A stretch of 64,000 nucleotides of DNA from an uncultured Gammaproteobacteria bacterium. GTDB taxonomy: Bacteria; Patescibacteriota; Microgenomatia; UBA8517. Both the position numbers and the translations under genes were made by a program. The DNA is taken from contig CAZIPM010000001.1 in assembly GCA_964541395.1 (NCBI GenBank), forward strand, positions 3,833-67,832. Reading direction: 5' to 3'. Positions 17,446 through 26,632 of the stretch are shown piece after piece (within the stretch, counting starts at the first letter, position 1; each line of letters begins with the position of its first letter). The notes beneath the pieces were generated by a model, which saw only the letters and a list, made by a program, of their open reading frames with translations, did no database searches and was not told where the DNA came from.

Positions 17446-18207
17446 TTGGACGATTCACACAAGAATTATGAAGGGTATTTAGCCTTCGTAAATAAATATA
17501 AATCTTCATTAGGATATAAAGGCAATTACTCCAAAAACGAAATTGAAATTGTTGACGATATCTCATTATTTCCTACTTGTGAAGAATCTGCAGTTGGTCA
17601 AATGGTAAAGCAGGGAACCCCGCGTGAAGATGCAGTGAAAAGGGCAAGGATAGGAATTAGGGAAGAAAACAGATGGGGAGTTTCAATTTGTGAACCTGTA
17701 AAACTACCAACGGGGACATACGGAACTTTTATCAGATTTATTTCTTGGGGACAATTGGATTCTGGATTTGCGGGTATGATAATTATTCCTGTATTGACAG
17801 ATGGCAAGTTGATTTTTACTAAAGCATTCAGAAACGCCACCCGAAATTGGTGTTTGGAATTTCCAAGAGGTACAAGAGATCCGGGGGATTCCATATTAAA
17901 AACTTTAAATAGCGAATTAAAAGAGGAAGTCGGAGCTAAAGTTTTAAAAGACCCTGTTAAAATAGGAGAAGTCTTTCCTGACTCAGGTATCTTAACCTCA
18001 ATAGTTGAAATATATAAAGCAGAAATTGAGATTGTAGGTGAGGCTACACCTGGCGTGACTGAAGCCATAAAAGGCTTAGTATTTTTGACTCCCGAAGAAG
18101 TAAAGGCGTTACTTAAATCACAGCTTTATATAGATGAAGATGGAAAAGGGTATGAATTTAAGGATAGTTTTACACTGGTTGCATTAACGCTATTTAATAT
18201 ACGATAA
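17446..18207 (+). CDS. Nudix-hydrolase-like protein with a degenerate Nudix box; paralog of the C-terminal domain of the rfbB fusion
   Basis: ...LIFTKAFRNATRNWCLEFPRGTRDPGDSILKTLNSELKEEVGAKV aligns with ...LALTKEQKFAIGSEIYNMPGGFPKINESVFDLIHRKLEDDLGVDV of the rfbB C-terminal domain. It starts at a TTG; the true start is uncertain. Confidence 0.5.
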   Translation: MDDSHKNYEGYLAFVNKYKSSLGYKGNYSKNEIEIVDDISLFPTCEESAVGQMVKQGTPREDAVKRARIGIREENRWGVSICEPVKLPTGTYGTFIRFISWGQLDSGFAGMIIIPVLTDGKLIFTKAFRNATRNWCLEFPRGTRDPGDSILKTLNSELKEEVGAKVLKDPVKIGEVFPDSGILTSIVEIYKAEIEIVGEATPGVTEAIKGLVFLTPEEVKALLKSQLYIDEDGKGYEFKDSFTLVALTLFNIR

Positions 18208-18481
18208 GTTTATCTATACGAAGTTATGAACCTCATTTAAACATGAACCTCTTGGATGAAAAAGATAGAAAAAAAAGAAAAGGCCTAATAAAATTGAGTA
18301 CAAAATTATCTAATTTAAATAATGACAAAAAAATTGTACACCCAGAGAATTAGCAGACATACTGAAAAATAGAATTAATAGACTTAAACTAAATAAAAGG
18401 TTAATGTTTGAGACTGTTTTTTATCTTGTTATCCCGAAATTTCAACTTGACAAATTGAAATTTAAGGGTCATACTATCTCT

Positions 18482-19696
18482 ATGAAGCCAAGAACAATCT
18501 CGAAATTGATTCATAAGGTGATTAAAACTTTTCCTGCGATTGTTTTAACAGGCCCGAGACAGTCAGGTAAAACAACCCTGTTAAAACATGAATTTCCCAA
18601 CTATCAATATGCAAGTCTGGAGGATCCTGATGTAAGAATCAGAGCCAAAGATGATCCAAACGGATTTTTGAATCAGTTTGAAAAACAGGTTATTTTAGAT
18701 GAAATTCAATATGTTCCAGAACTCTTATCATATATAAAATCAAAAATAGATGAAAATAGAATGCCGGGAAAATGGATTTTATCCGGATCCCAAAATTTTT
18801 CTTTGATGAAGAATGTAAGTCAATCATTGGCAGGAAGAGCTGCCATCTTGACACTCCTACCCTTTTCCGTTGCTGAAAGAATTGGGAACGGGAACGGCTC
18901 ATTATTGGTAGATAAAGTTTTAAGTTTAAGTAGCGAAAGTAATTTAAAATCAAAATTTGATTTAAACGAAATTATTCTCCGTGGTAATTACCCTGAAGTG
19001 GCTAGTAATACAAAAGTTGATCGTCAAATCTGGGATGGATCTTATATCAATACATATCTTGAAAGAGATATTAGAAACTTGAAACAAGTAGGTGATTTAG
19101 GTCAATTTGAAATATTCCTGCGTGCTTGTGCAATTCGTACAGGACAGATATTGGATTTAAGTTCAATATCTAGAGAGATTGGAATTACCTTTACAACGGC
19201 TAAAAGATGGCTTTCACTTCTGGAAACTGGTTACCAAATATTTCTTTTACATCCATATTATCGAAATATCGGAAAGAGATTGGTTAAAAGACCAAAAATT
19301 TACTTTGCTGATACCGGGCTTGCCACTTATTTAATGGGTATAAATTCTGTTAACAGTTTAGTTTCTAGTTACCTTTATGGGGCAATTTTTGAAACATTGA
19401 TAGTTACTGATTTTTGGAAAAGATACTTTCATCATGGTCAAATTCCTCAGATGTACTTTCTACGAACGCATGATGATTTAGAGGTTGACTTATTAATCGA
19501 GAATCAAAATAAGCTGAATTTGATTGAAGTTAAATTAACATCAACAGTTAGAAAAGAGAATATCCAATCTCTTATCAAAGCGAGGACAGACATCAGAGGT
19601 GTTGATAAAACATTGGTTATCTCAAATACTAAGGAAAAGTTTTCTGTTGTTGAAGGGATAACCAATATTCCTGCGGAGTCGGTGTTAACTGTCTAG
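18482..19696 (+). CDS. AAA-family ATPase with DUF4143 C-terminal domain
   Basis: MKPRTISK...VLTGPRQSGKTTLL (Walker A) ...QVILDEIQYVPEL (Walker B-like), the typical AAA_14/DUF4143 architecture. The track start at 18404 adds 26 residues that are probably not translated. A TTGACA lies upstream at about 18446. Confidence 0.65.
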   Translation: MKPRTISKLIHKVIKTFPAIVLTGPRQSGKTTLLKHEFPNYQYASLEDPDVRIRAKDDPNGFLNQFEKQVILDEIQYVPELLSYIKSKIDENRMPGKWILSGSQNFSLMKNVSQSLAGRAAILTLLPFSVAERIGNGNGSLLVDKVLSLSSESNLKSKFDLNEIILRGNYPEVASNTKVDRQIWDGSYINTYLERDIRNLKQVGDLGQFEIFLRACAIRTGQILDLSSISREIGITFTTAKRWLSLLETGYQIFLLHPYYRNIGKRLVKRPKIYFADTGLATYLMGINSVNSLVSSYLYGAIFETLIVTDFWKRYFHHGQIPQMYFLRTHDDLEVDLLIENQNKLNLIEVKLTSTVRKENIQSLIKARTDIRGVDKTLVISNTKEKFSVVEGITNIPAESVLTV

Positions 19697-19730
19697 TTTC
19701 TAAAGGAATAATGGTATAATTATTCTTAAT

Positions 19731-20315
19731 ATGATGCGTTTTGACCCTGATAAACATGTTAAAAAAACTTCAATTGCAGGAGTTGTTTTAATTGAAAGAC
19801 CAATCATAGGTGATGCCAGGGGATTTTTACATGAACCGTACAATAGGGAAGAATTAAAAGCAGCAACAGGTGTGGAATTTAACCCTGTCCAGTGGACTCA
19901 TGCATACATAAAGCCCGGAGTTATAAAAGCTGTTCATAGTGAAGACTGGAATAAACTAATTTATCCTGTAACTGGAATTTTATACGCTCCTATTGTAGAT
20001 CTAAGGCCAGAATCTGAGACTTTCGGTAAAGTAGAATACATTACAATAGACAACACTAAAGATGATTCTCCAAGGCAGGCATTGTTTTTACCCTCGGGAG
20101 GTATCGGGAATTCAATTTGTACACCAGGTACTGAAATGATGCATTATTTTTATTTGATAGATGAATATTGGGATGATGCCAAAGCCAGGGGAATTGCCTG
20201 GGACGATCCAGATCTTAATATCAAATGGCCAATAGAAAACCCAATTCTTTCCGAAAGAGATAAAACCAATCCGACATTAAGGGAGGCTTTTCCCCAGAAA
20301 TTTAAAGACAAATGA
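19731..20315 (+). CDS. rmlC: dTDP-4-dehydrorhamnose 3,5-epimerase
   Basis: Cupin-fold RmlC signatures: GDARGFLHE, YAPIVDLRPESETFGKVEYI, FLPSGGIGNS, IAWDDPDLNIKWP. Confidence 0.85.
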   Translation: MMRFDPDKHVKKTSIAGVVLIERPIIGDARGFLHEPYNREELKAATGVEFNPVQWTHAYIKPGVIKAVHSEDWNKLIYPVTGILYAPIVDLRPESETFGKVEYITIDNTKDDSPRQALFLPSGGIGNSICTPGTEMMHYFYLIDEYWDDAKARGIAWDDPDLNIKWPIENPILSERDKTNPTLREAFPQKFKDK

Positions 20316-21217
20316 AAAAGATTTTAGTTGTAGGAGCAACTGGATTAGTGGGATCAAGATTTGTTTCTTTGGCTAAAGATAAAGTTGGAATAATCCCCGT
20401 TGATGAAAATACACTGGATATAACATCTGCTGAAGCTGTTGATAATTACTTTTCCGAAAATGAATTTGATTCAGTATTAAATTTTGCAGCAATTACAAAT
20501 GTAGATGCAGCAGAGAAAGAAAAAGGAGATGAAAATGGAATTACCTGGAGATTAAATGTGGTTGGTGTTGAGAATTTAACCAAAGCTTGTATTAAATATA
20601 ATAAATTTATAGTTCAGATTTCTACCGACTTTATTTTTAAAGGAGATCAGAACAATCCAGGACCGTACAGTGAAGATGCAGAAATTCCCGATAGTATGGA
20701 TGGAATTGGTTGGTATGGATGGACAAAGAATAGGGCAGAAAATTTACTCCGCAATTCCGAGTGTCGTAATGTGATTGTCAGGATCGCCTACCCTTTTTAT
20801 TCGGCTGAGTTTACACCAAAATTGGATTATGCAAAAAATTATTTAAAACTTCACGATGATGGAAAATTATTCCCTATTTTTACCGACCAGACATTATCAG
20901 TTATTAATGTAGATGAATTGGTAGAACCACTTCTCAAAATCTTAACAGAAGAACTTATAGGCACTTTTCATATTGTTTCAAGCAATACCACAACACCATT
21001 TGATTTTGTGGAATATTTACTTAGAAAAGCAAGAAATGTAGAAGGTGTTGTTCAGAAAGGGTTAATGGAAGAATTCTTAAAAGCAGAAGGAAGAACACCA
21101 AGACCAAGATTGGGAGGGTTTAAGACTAAATTTACTGAAAAAAACTTAAATATGAAATTTAAAACTTGGCAGGAAATGGTGGATGAATTTGTTATCAGGC
21201 TCCAAAATAAGAAGTAA
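20312..21217 (+). CDS. rmlD: dTDP-4-dehydrorhamnose reductase
   Basis: N-terminal Rossmann MKKILVVGATGLVGSRF; ISTDFIFKGD...PYSEDAEIP...YGWTKNRAENLL follows the RmlD pattern (STDYVFDG..PY.E.D...P...YG.SK..GE). It overlaps rmlC by ATGA. Confidence 0.8.
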   Translation: MKKILVVGATGLVGSRFVSLAKDKVGIIPVDENTLDITSAEAVDNYFSENEFDSVLNFAAITNVDAAEKEKGDENGITWRLNVVGVENLTKACIKYNKFIVQISTDFIFKGDQNNPGPYSEDAEIPDSMDGIGWYGWTKNRAENLLRNSECRNVIVRIAYPFYSAEFTPKLDYAKNYLKLHDDGKLFPIFTDQTLSVINVDELVEPLLKILTEELIGTFHIVSSNTTTPFDFVEYLLRKARNVEGVVQKGLMEEFLKAEGRTPRPRLGGFKTKFTEKNLNMKFKTWQEMVDEFVIRLQNKK

Positions 21218-21461
21218 CTCCGTTCTCAATTAATTGAAAATCTTTATCTACATCTGAAATTTGTTCTTCCATTGAAAATATTGGTCTTACTAGTTTTATC
21301 ACAATCCCTTCATCGTTTCGGCCAACACCAAATATTCCACCAGGTAAGTCTTTAATTCCCATATCTTGAAGTTGTCTTGTTCTAAATTCTTGGACCTCAC
21401 TATGTGTAACTTCGGTGCCACCTATTGGAGCAGTACGGGCCATTACTAGTTCTAATTCCAT
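21195..21461 (-). CDS. hypothetical small protein (possibly PRC-barrel-like), immediately downstream of trmD
   Basis: 88-aa ORF 15 nt after the trmD stop. It is not ribosomal protein L19, which is the usual trmD neighbour. The assignment is weak. Confidence 0.3.
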   Translation of the reverse strand: MELELVMARTAPIGGTEVTHSEVQEFRTRQLQDMGIKDLPGGIFGVGRNDEGIVIKLVRPIFSMEEQISDVDKDFQLIENGVTSYFGA

Positions 21462-21475
21462 ATTTTGTTAGGAGT

Positions 21476-22117
21476 TTATGTCCGTTTTCTCCAAATGTCA
21501 ATATTTTTATGATTACCCGTAAGAAGAATTTCAGGTACTCCCCATTTTTTATAAAGTGGAGGTCTGGTGTATTGGGGATACTCAGTCTCAATCTCTTCCA
21601 TGGAATGTGACTCTTCCAGAAGCGATTCTTTTTTAATAACTCCAGGGATCAAACGTGTTACGGTGTCAGTTATCACCATTGCAGGAATTTCACCACCTGT
21701 TAGAACATAATCTCCTATGGATATAATCTCATCAACTATATGGTCATGAACCCTGTGATCAATTCCTTCATAATGGCCACAAATAAGAACCAAGCGTTTT
21801 AAGCTTGAATACTCATATGCTTTTTTTTGAGTAAACTTCTCTCCTCCTGCATCCAAAAGTATTATTTTACTGTTTTTGGATTTTGGTTTTGCTTTAATGG
21901 AAGTTAAGGCATTATCTATGACATCGATTCTTAAAATCATTCCCGCACCACCTCCATATGGCCTGTCGTCAACTGTTTTTCTTTCGGTAATCCCAAATTG
22001 TCTTAAGTCATGAAAGTTAATTTCTACTAAACCTTTTTCTTTTGCCTTTTTTAAAATTGACATGTCAAATGGACCGCTAAACATGTCAGGAAAGAGGGTA
22101 ATAATATCAACGATCAT
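21476..22117 (-). CDS. trmD: tRNA (guanine37-N1)-methyltransferase
   Basis: MIVDIITLFPDMF...RPYGGGAGMIL...LICGHYEGIDHRV...GDYVLTGGEIPAMV: canonical TrmD SPOUT motifs. Confidence 0.9.
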   Translation of the reverse strand: MIVDIITLFPDMFSGPFDMSILKKAKEKGLVEINFHDLRQFGITERKTVDDRPYGGGAGMILRIDVIDNALTSIKAKPKSKNSKIILLDAGGEKFTQKKAYEYSSLKRLVLICGHYEGIDHRVHDHIVDEIISIGDYVLTGGEIPAMVITDTVTRLIPGVIKKESLLEESHSMEEIETEYPQYTRPPLYKKWGVPEILLTGNHKNIDIWRKRT

Positions 22118-22217
22118 AGACTGTATTTTAACATAGTAAACATCGATTTATTAGAAATATCAAAGTAATTGATTCCCCATATTGTTTTCTTTATATATTA
22201 AGTGTTTAATTAGGAAT

Positions 22218-23372
22218 ATGGACAAAGTTATTATTGTTATGCCCGCCTACAATGAGGCTGATAATATTGGCAAAATGATTGAGGTTTTATTTGAAGTAGA
22301 ATTTCCCAAAATAAAAGGTGTTGAAATGCATCTTTTTGTCGTAGATGACAAATCTCCTGATGGAACGGGAGATATTGTTAAAAAATACCAGAGTAAATAT
22401 TCCAAACTTCACCTTCTTCAAAAAGATAAGTCGGGATTGGGTTATGCTTATATCGCAGGATTTAAAAGGGCAATGGAAACATTAAAAGCCGATGCGGTTA
22501 TGGAAATGGATGCAGACTTTCAGCACCCACCAAGATTTGTCAAACCGATGGTTGAAGCATATCTAGCTGGTGCCGACTATGTTATAGGTAGCAGATATAT
22601 CAAAGGAGGATCTGTTCCTAAAGAATGGGCACTTTTCAGAAAAGCGATCAGTTATTTCGGCAATTTGTTTATTAGAATAGTTCTATTAAAGCCAAAATTG
22701 CATGATTTAACTACGGGCTTCAGACTTACCAGAGTTAAGGGAGTATTAGATCAAATTGATCTCAATAAACTAATGGAACCTGAAAGATTTGCATACAAAG
22801 TCGACCTTTTGTACAAGTCAATTAAAAACTCGAAAAAAGTTGTGGAGGTTCCTCTTGAGTTTGCTTCAAGAACAAAGGAAAAATCTAAATTTAATCCCAA
22901 AGAAATGGTCTCCACTTTCAAAGTAGCAATAATCTTGGGAATTAAAGACAAACAAAAAATAATTAAATTTGGAATAGTAGGCTTTACTGGATATCTTATA
23001 AATGCTTTCTTTTTAAATTTCTTTTCAAAATCAGGATTCCCAGAATGGTCATCTTGGGCACTCTCAACTGAACTGGCAATAGTCAACAATTTTACTTGGA
23101 ACAATTTATGGACCTTTAAAACTGATGAGATAAAAGGAATTGCTAATGTAATTAAAAAATTCCTACAGTTTAACTTGACATCAGCTGGCGCTCTTCTGAT
23201 ACAAACAGTTCTTGGAACTTTGGGAGTATATTTCTTCGGTTCTACATCAAGACAACTACTTCTTCCTTTCATAATTCTCTTTGTTGTTCTTCCATATAAC
23301 TATTTTATGTACACCAAAGTGATTTGGAAGAATAAATCGAAACCTGCAGTAAATCCTTCGATAGCCAAGTAA
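22218..23372 (+). CDS. GT2 polyprenyl-phosphate glycosyltransferase (Dpm1/ArnC/GtrB-like) fused to a C-terminal GtrA-like 4-TM domain
   Basis: MDKVIIVMPAYNEADNI...VVDDKSPDGTGDI...MDADFQHPP (GT2 DxD). The C-terminal third is hydrophobic (GtrA-like). I chose the ATG at 22218 with AGGAA upstream over the track's TTG at 22182. Confidence 0.7.
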   Translation: MDKVIIVMPAYNEADNIGKMIEVLFEVEFPKIKGVEMHLFVVDDKSPDGTGDIVKKYQSKYSKLHLLQKDKSGLGYAYIAGFKRAMETLKADAVMEMDADFQHPPRFVKPMVEAYLAGADYVIGSRYIKGGSVPKEWALFRKAISYFGNLFIRIVLLKPKLHDLTTGFRLTRVKGVLDQIDLNKLMEPERFAYKVDLLYKSIKNSKKVVEVPLEFASRTKEKSKFNPKEMVSTFKVAIILGIKDKQKIIKFGIVGFTGYLINAFFLNFFSKSGFPEWSSWALSTELAIVNNFTWNNLWTFKTDEIKGIANVIKKFLQFNLTSAGALLIQTVLGTLGVYFFGSTSRQLLLPFIILFVVLPYNYFMYTKVIWKNKSKPAVNPSIAK

Positions 23373-23378
23373 AAAAAT

Positions 23379-24212
23379 ATGCTATTTCAAGAAAGCCAAA
23401 TACGGGAGCGTGAGGATAATTTCTACAAAAACATTATCAGGTTGTATTTGAAATACGGTTCTGTTGATGAAGTAATAAGAAGAACAAATTATTCTCTTCC
23501 GATGTCCTATCCCGGAATGCACCACTTGATCAAAAGATGGGGAATAATAAAATCTGCAGGCCCTAACAGTAAACTATCAGAAGCATTAACTGTTTTGACT
23601 CAATTGTCTGACTCAAAAATTCCATTAGAAAGACTGTATAAAAATCTTCCACCTTCTTTTAAAACTTCACTTTCCACAATGCACAGGATTTTACATAACG
23701 TTAAAGAAGGTGTGATAAGAAGGTATGGAACCGCTTTGGTGGTAACCCGTGAGGGAGAAGAAAATAATGTTTTAACAGGTATTGATAAAGATCATAATAA
23801 AAACTTGACTCTTCCTATGACCTACTCAATTTACAAAGAAAACCCAAAAGCGTCTATTTTGAGAGTACTGCAGCAGGAAGTGTTTACGGAATTAGCAGTT
23901 GAAAAAAAGTTCCCATTTAAAGTTATTCCGAAAAATCCCAAGCCTTTTATGTTTTTAAATATAGCGGATATAAAAGTAGCAGTTTATCTGATTAAATTAA
24001 ATAAGGATATTATTGAAAATTACCAATTTACAAGCCAAAAAATATACAACCACGCATTTATCTCCTGTAGAGAAATAAAGTCATTAAATTACGGAGTCAG
24101 AGCGGGTGTTGAAAATATTGTTTCCGGTTATGAGAGGTATTTAAAAAACCAAAGTTCGGTAGTATTAGAAACCAGTGATATTAATCTTGCCTTGCTGCAA
24201 GTCTGGAGATAA
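23379..24212 (+). CDS. hypothetical protein
   Basis: 277-aa ORF. No confident family. Confidence 0.4.
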   Translation: MLFQESQIREREDNFYKNIIRLYLKYGSVDEVIRRTNYSLPMSYPGMHHLIKRWGIIKSAGPNSKLSEALTVLTQLSDSKIPLERLYKNLPPSFKTSLSTMHRILHNVKEGVIRRYGTALVVTREGEENNVLTGIDKDHNKNLTLPMTYSIYKENPKASILRVLQQEVFTELAVEKKFPFKVIPKNPKPFMFLNIADIKVAVYLIKLNKDIIENYQFTSQKIYNHAFISCREIKSLNYGVRAGVENIVSGYERYLKNQSSVVLETSDINLALLQVWR

Positions 24213-24416
24213 ACTTACTTCAAACATTCCATCCGATAACTTTCTTACTTCAAATGCCGATAACCCTCTTCTCCTCCTATTCAATTCTTCCAATTGTTCT
24301 CCGTTCAGCAGTACTCCATTATCGGTCTGGTCTGCCCAACCAATTTTACCTCCAAGATTAACCTGTATATAACTTTCTTCTGCTTTGAAAATTTCCCTTA
24401 ACATAGATAAATTCAT
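24165..24416 (-). CDS. hypothetical ORF; distal half of a reading frame interrupted by an in-frame TAA (see findings)
   Basis: It is in the same frame as 24423..24638, separated only by TAA plus two sense codons. It overlaps the 3' end of 23379..24212 by 48 nt. Confidence 0.2.
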   Translation of the reverse strand: MNLSMLREIFKAEESYIQVNLGGKIGWADQTDNGVLLNGEQLEELNRRRRGLSAFEVRKLSDGMFEVSLSPDLQQGKINITGF

Positions 24417-24422
24417 AATTTG

Positions 24423-24638
24423 TTATCTTTCTATTTGTTGAAATTCTCTTTCAAATAAAGCAATCTCTGGTTGTGAAACTTCGACCGTAAGAGGTTCTAT
24501 CTTACTCTTTTCCCTTAGATGTTCGGCAATATGATTGGAACCATCCTTAAAGGCATCTAATCCGTATACATTAGCAATTGGACCACTCGATGCTCTCCAT
24601 CTCATGGCTGGACTGGATGAATATATATTTACAGGCAT
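24423..24638 (-). CDS. hypothetical ORF; proximal half of the interrupted frame
   Basis: 71-aa ORF. No recognised motif. Confidence 0.2.
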   Translation of the reverse strand: MPVNIYSSSPAMRWRASSGPIANVYGLDAFKDGSNHIAEHLREKSKIEPLTVEVSQPEIALFEREFQQIER

Positions 24639-24687
24639 GAGAATATATTGTGAAGCAATTTAACTTTCAAACCCTATCAGGCTAACG

Positions 24688-25845
24688 TTATAAAAATGGA
24701 GCCCAATTGGATATTGGCATGGCATTTTGGGAGATAAAAGCCAAGGCAAAAAGATAAATAGGAATAATTGCAACTCCTAAGGCAATTTTAAATTCCTTGG
24801 AATTAATTAAATCTTTAAAGGCCAATATTAAAAGAGGCGTGATAGGTAAAGCATATCTAAGTAAATCCCTATGAGCAACAAAAAGAAGCGAGATGAAATA
24901 AACAAGTGAGTAATAGTAGAATGTGTCTTGATTTTGGACTTTAAGTTTATAAATTCCTATTGCACCAATGATATATAAAAAAATAATTTCTTCCAGCCAG
25001 AATGTTCCTACCCAAGGTGCTGAAAAGTTGAAAATTTGAAATGGCGGGAAGAAAAGATGAATATTGTCTCCGGATTTAAAATACACCCAGAAGTCACCCA
25101 TTCTAATCGAGTAAAAAATAAAAACAAATATAACCCCGATAGGAATTAATAAAAGAGGATAAACTTTTTTCAAATCTAATTTGCTTAAAAATTGTCTGGT
25201 TTTATTGGTTGCCAAATCCTTTAAATTGGGAAGAAATACTGATGCTCCGTAAGCCACAAACAAAAGAATTCCAGGTGATTTTGTCATAGCGGAAAGAGCT
25301 CCAAATATCCCTGCCCAGATGTATTTTTTTTGATTAAAGAAATAAATTGAAGTCAGTGTAAGGGCGATAAAGAGCGGCTCTGCTGATCCCACAGACCTGA
25401 CAATAAGCCATCTTGCAGGGAATAATGCAAAGACTAGAGTCATCCATAATGCATTTTCTTTATCCAAGGACTCTGCCAGTTTATAGAAGATAAAAAGTGC
25501 AAAGAATGAAGATATCACGGTTACGAAGAGCATAGAATAAGGAAATCCAAAAATAGCTGCAAAGAATTTAATCAGAACCGGGAAAAGTGGAAAATGTGCT
25601 GAATAATATTCATTTGAAAGGGGAAATTGGTAGTTGGATCCTATTTCAATGGGGTTGTAAAGTGTTTTGGCAGCCACCAAGTAGAGAGGTCCGTCATAAT
25701 TGGCAACAACTGTGGCCATTCCTTGACTTGGAATTGGGATTGTCCAAAATGACTTAATCCTACCGAAAAACGGCAACCAAACAAGAAGTGTAGGGATTAT
25801 TGTTAAAAGTAAGATAGGAAGAATGTTTTTAAATTTTTCCTTCAT
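24688..25845 (-). CDS. polytopic membrane protein, putative GT-C-fold glycosyltransferase
   Basis: 385 aa with about 10 predicted TM helices and conserved Arg/Asp in the loops. Divergent from the GT2 gene at 25913. Confidence 0.5.
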   Translation of the reverse strand: MKEKFKNILPILLLTIIPTLLVWLPFFGRIKSFWTIPIPSQGMATVVANYDGPLYLVAAKTLYNPIEIGSNYQFPLSNEYYSAHFPLFPVLIKFFAAIFGFPYSMLFVTVISSFFALFIFYKLAESLDKENALWMTLVFALFPARWLIVRSVGSAEPLFIALTLTSIYFFNQKKYIWAGIFGALSAMTKSPGILLFVAYGASVFLPNLKDLATNKTRQFLSKLDLKKVYPLLLIPIGVIFVFIFYSIRMGDFWVYFKSGDNIHLFFPPFQIFNFSAPWVGTFWLEEIIFLYIIGAIGIYKLKVQNQDTFYYYSLVYFISLLFVAHRDLLRYALPITPLLILAFKDLINSKEFKIALGVAIIPIYLFALAFISQNAMPISNWAPFL

Positions 25846-25912
25846 ATTTTGATCATATCACAAGTGAGGCTGTATGTGCGAGTTTCACTGAGACTGTGCT
25901 TATGGTAGACTT

Positions 25913-26632
25913 TTGATAATGGATAAATTTAAAATAGAGTCTTTATCAGTCTTTTTTCCGACATTTAACGAAGAAGAAAGTATAAAATCCACTGTCGAAT
26001 CAGCAAAGGAAATTCTTGAAAAGATAGCAAAAAACTGGGAAATTTTAATTATTAATGACGGCTCGAAAGATTCAACGGGAGGAATTGCAGATAATCTTGC
26101 AAAAACAGATTCGAGGATAAAGCATATTAAACATGTTGTGAACAGAGGATATGGTGCTGCTTTTAAATCAGGTTTTTATTCAGCTCAATATCCTTGGATA
26201 GCTTTTACTGATTCTGACGGGCAGTTTGTTTTTTCTGAAGTTGAAAACTTTATCGAGAAACAAAAAAATACAGGAGCTGATCTTGTTATCGGTTATTATA
26301 AAAAAAGACAAGTATCCCGATTTAAAATTATAACCAGCAGACTTTGGGAACTTGCAGTAATGATACTTTTTGGTTTATATGTTCACGATATTGATTGTGG
26401 TTTTAAGTTAGTCAACAAGAAAGTGATTGAGGGAATAGAAAAATTAGAGTCAGAAAGGGGAGCATTTATTTCCAGTGAATTTTTAATTAAAGCCAAGAAA
26501 AAAGGATTTAAGATTGTCGAAGTACCGGTGACCCATTTACCACGTACCAAAGGAAAAGGCACAGGCAGACATATCAGAGTAATAATTCAAAGTTTTGTTG
26601 ACCTGTTTAAGTTGTGGAGAAAATTATTATGA
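25913..26632 (+). CDS. GT2 glycosyltransferase (Dpm1-like polyprenyl-phosphate sugar synthase)
   Basis: LSVFFPTFNEEESI...IINDGSKDSTGGI...FTDSDGQF (DxD). Confidence 0.7.
   Translation: MIMDKFKIESLSVFFPTFNEEESIKSTVESAKEILEKIAKNWEILIINDGSKDSTGGIADNLAKTDSRIKHIKHVVNRGYGAAFKSGFYSAQYPWIAFTDSDGQFVFSEVENFIEKQKNTGADLVIGYYKKRQVSRFKIITSRLWELAVMILFGLYVHDIDCGFKLVNKKVIEGIEKLESERGAFISSEFLIKAKKKGFKIVEVPVTHLPRTKGKGTGRHIRVIIQSFVDLFKLWRKLL

Noticed and set aside
17598-18068. 156-aa minus-strand ORF
   Set aside because: It is antisense to the Nudix-like gene 17446..18207, which has a paralog supporting the plus-strand frame.
22751-23272. 173-aa minus-strand ORF
   Set aside because: It is antisense to the GT2-GtrA fusion gene. 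Its product has no recognisable features.
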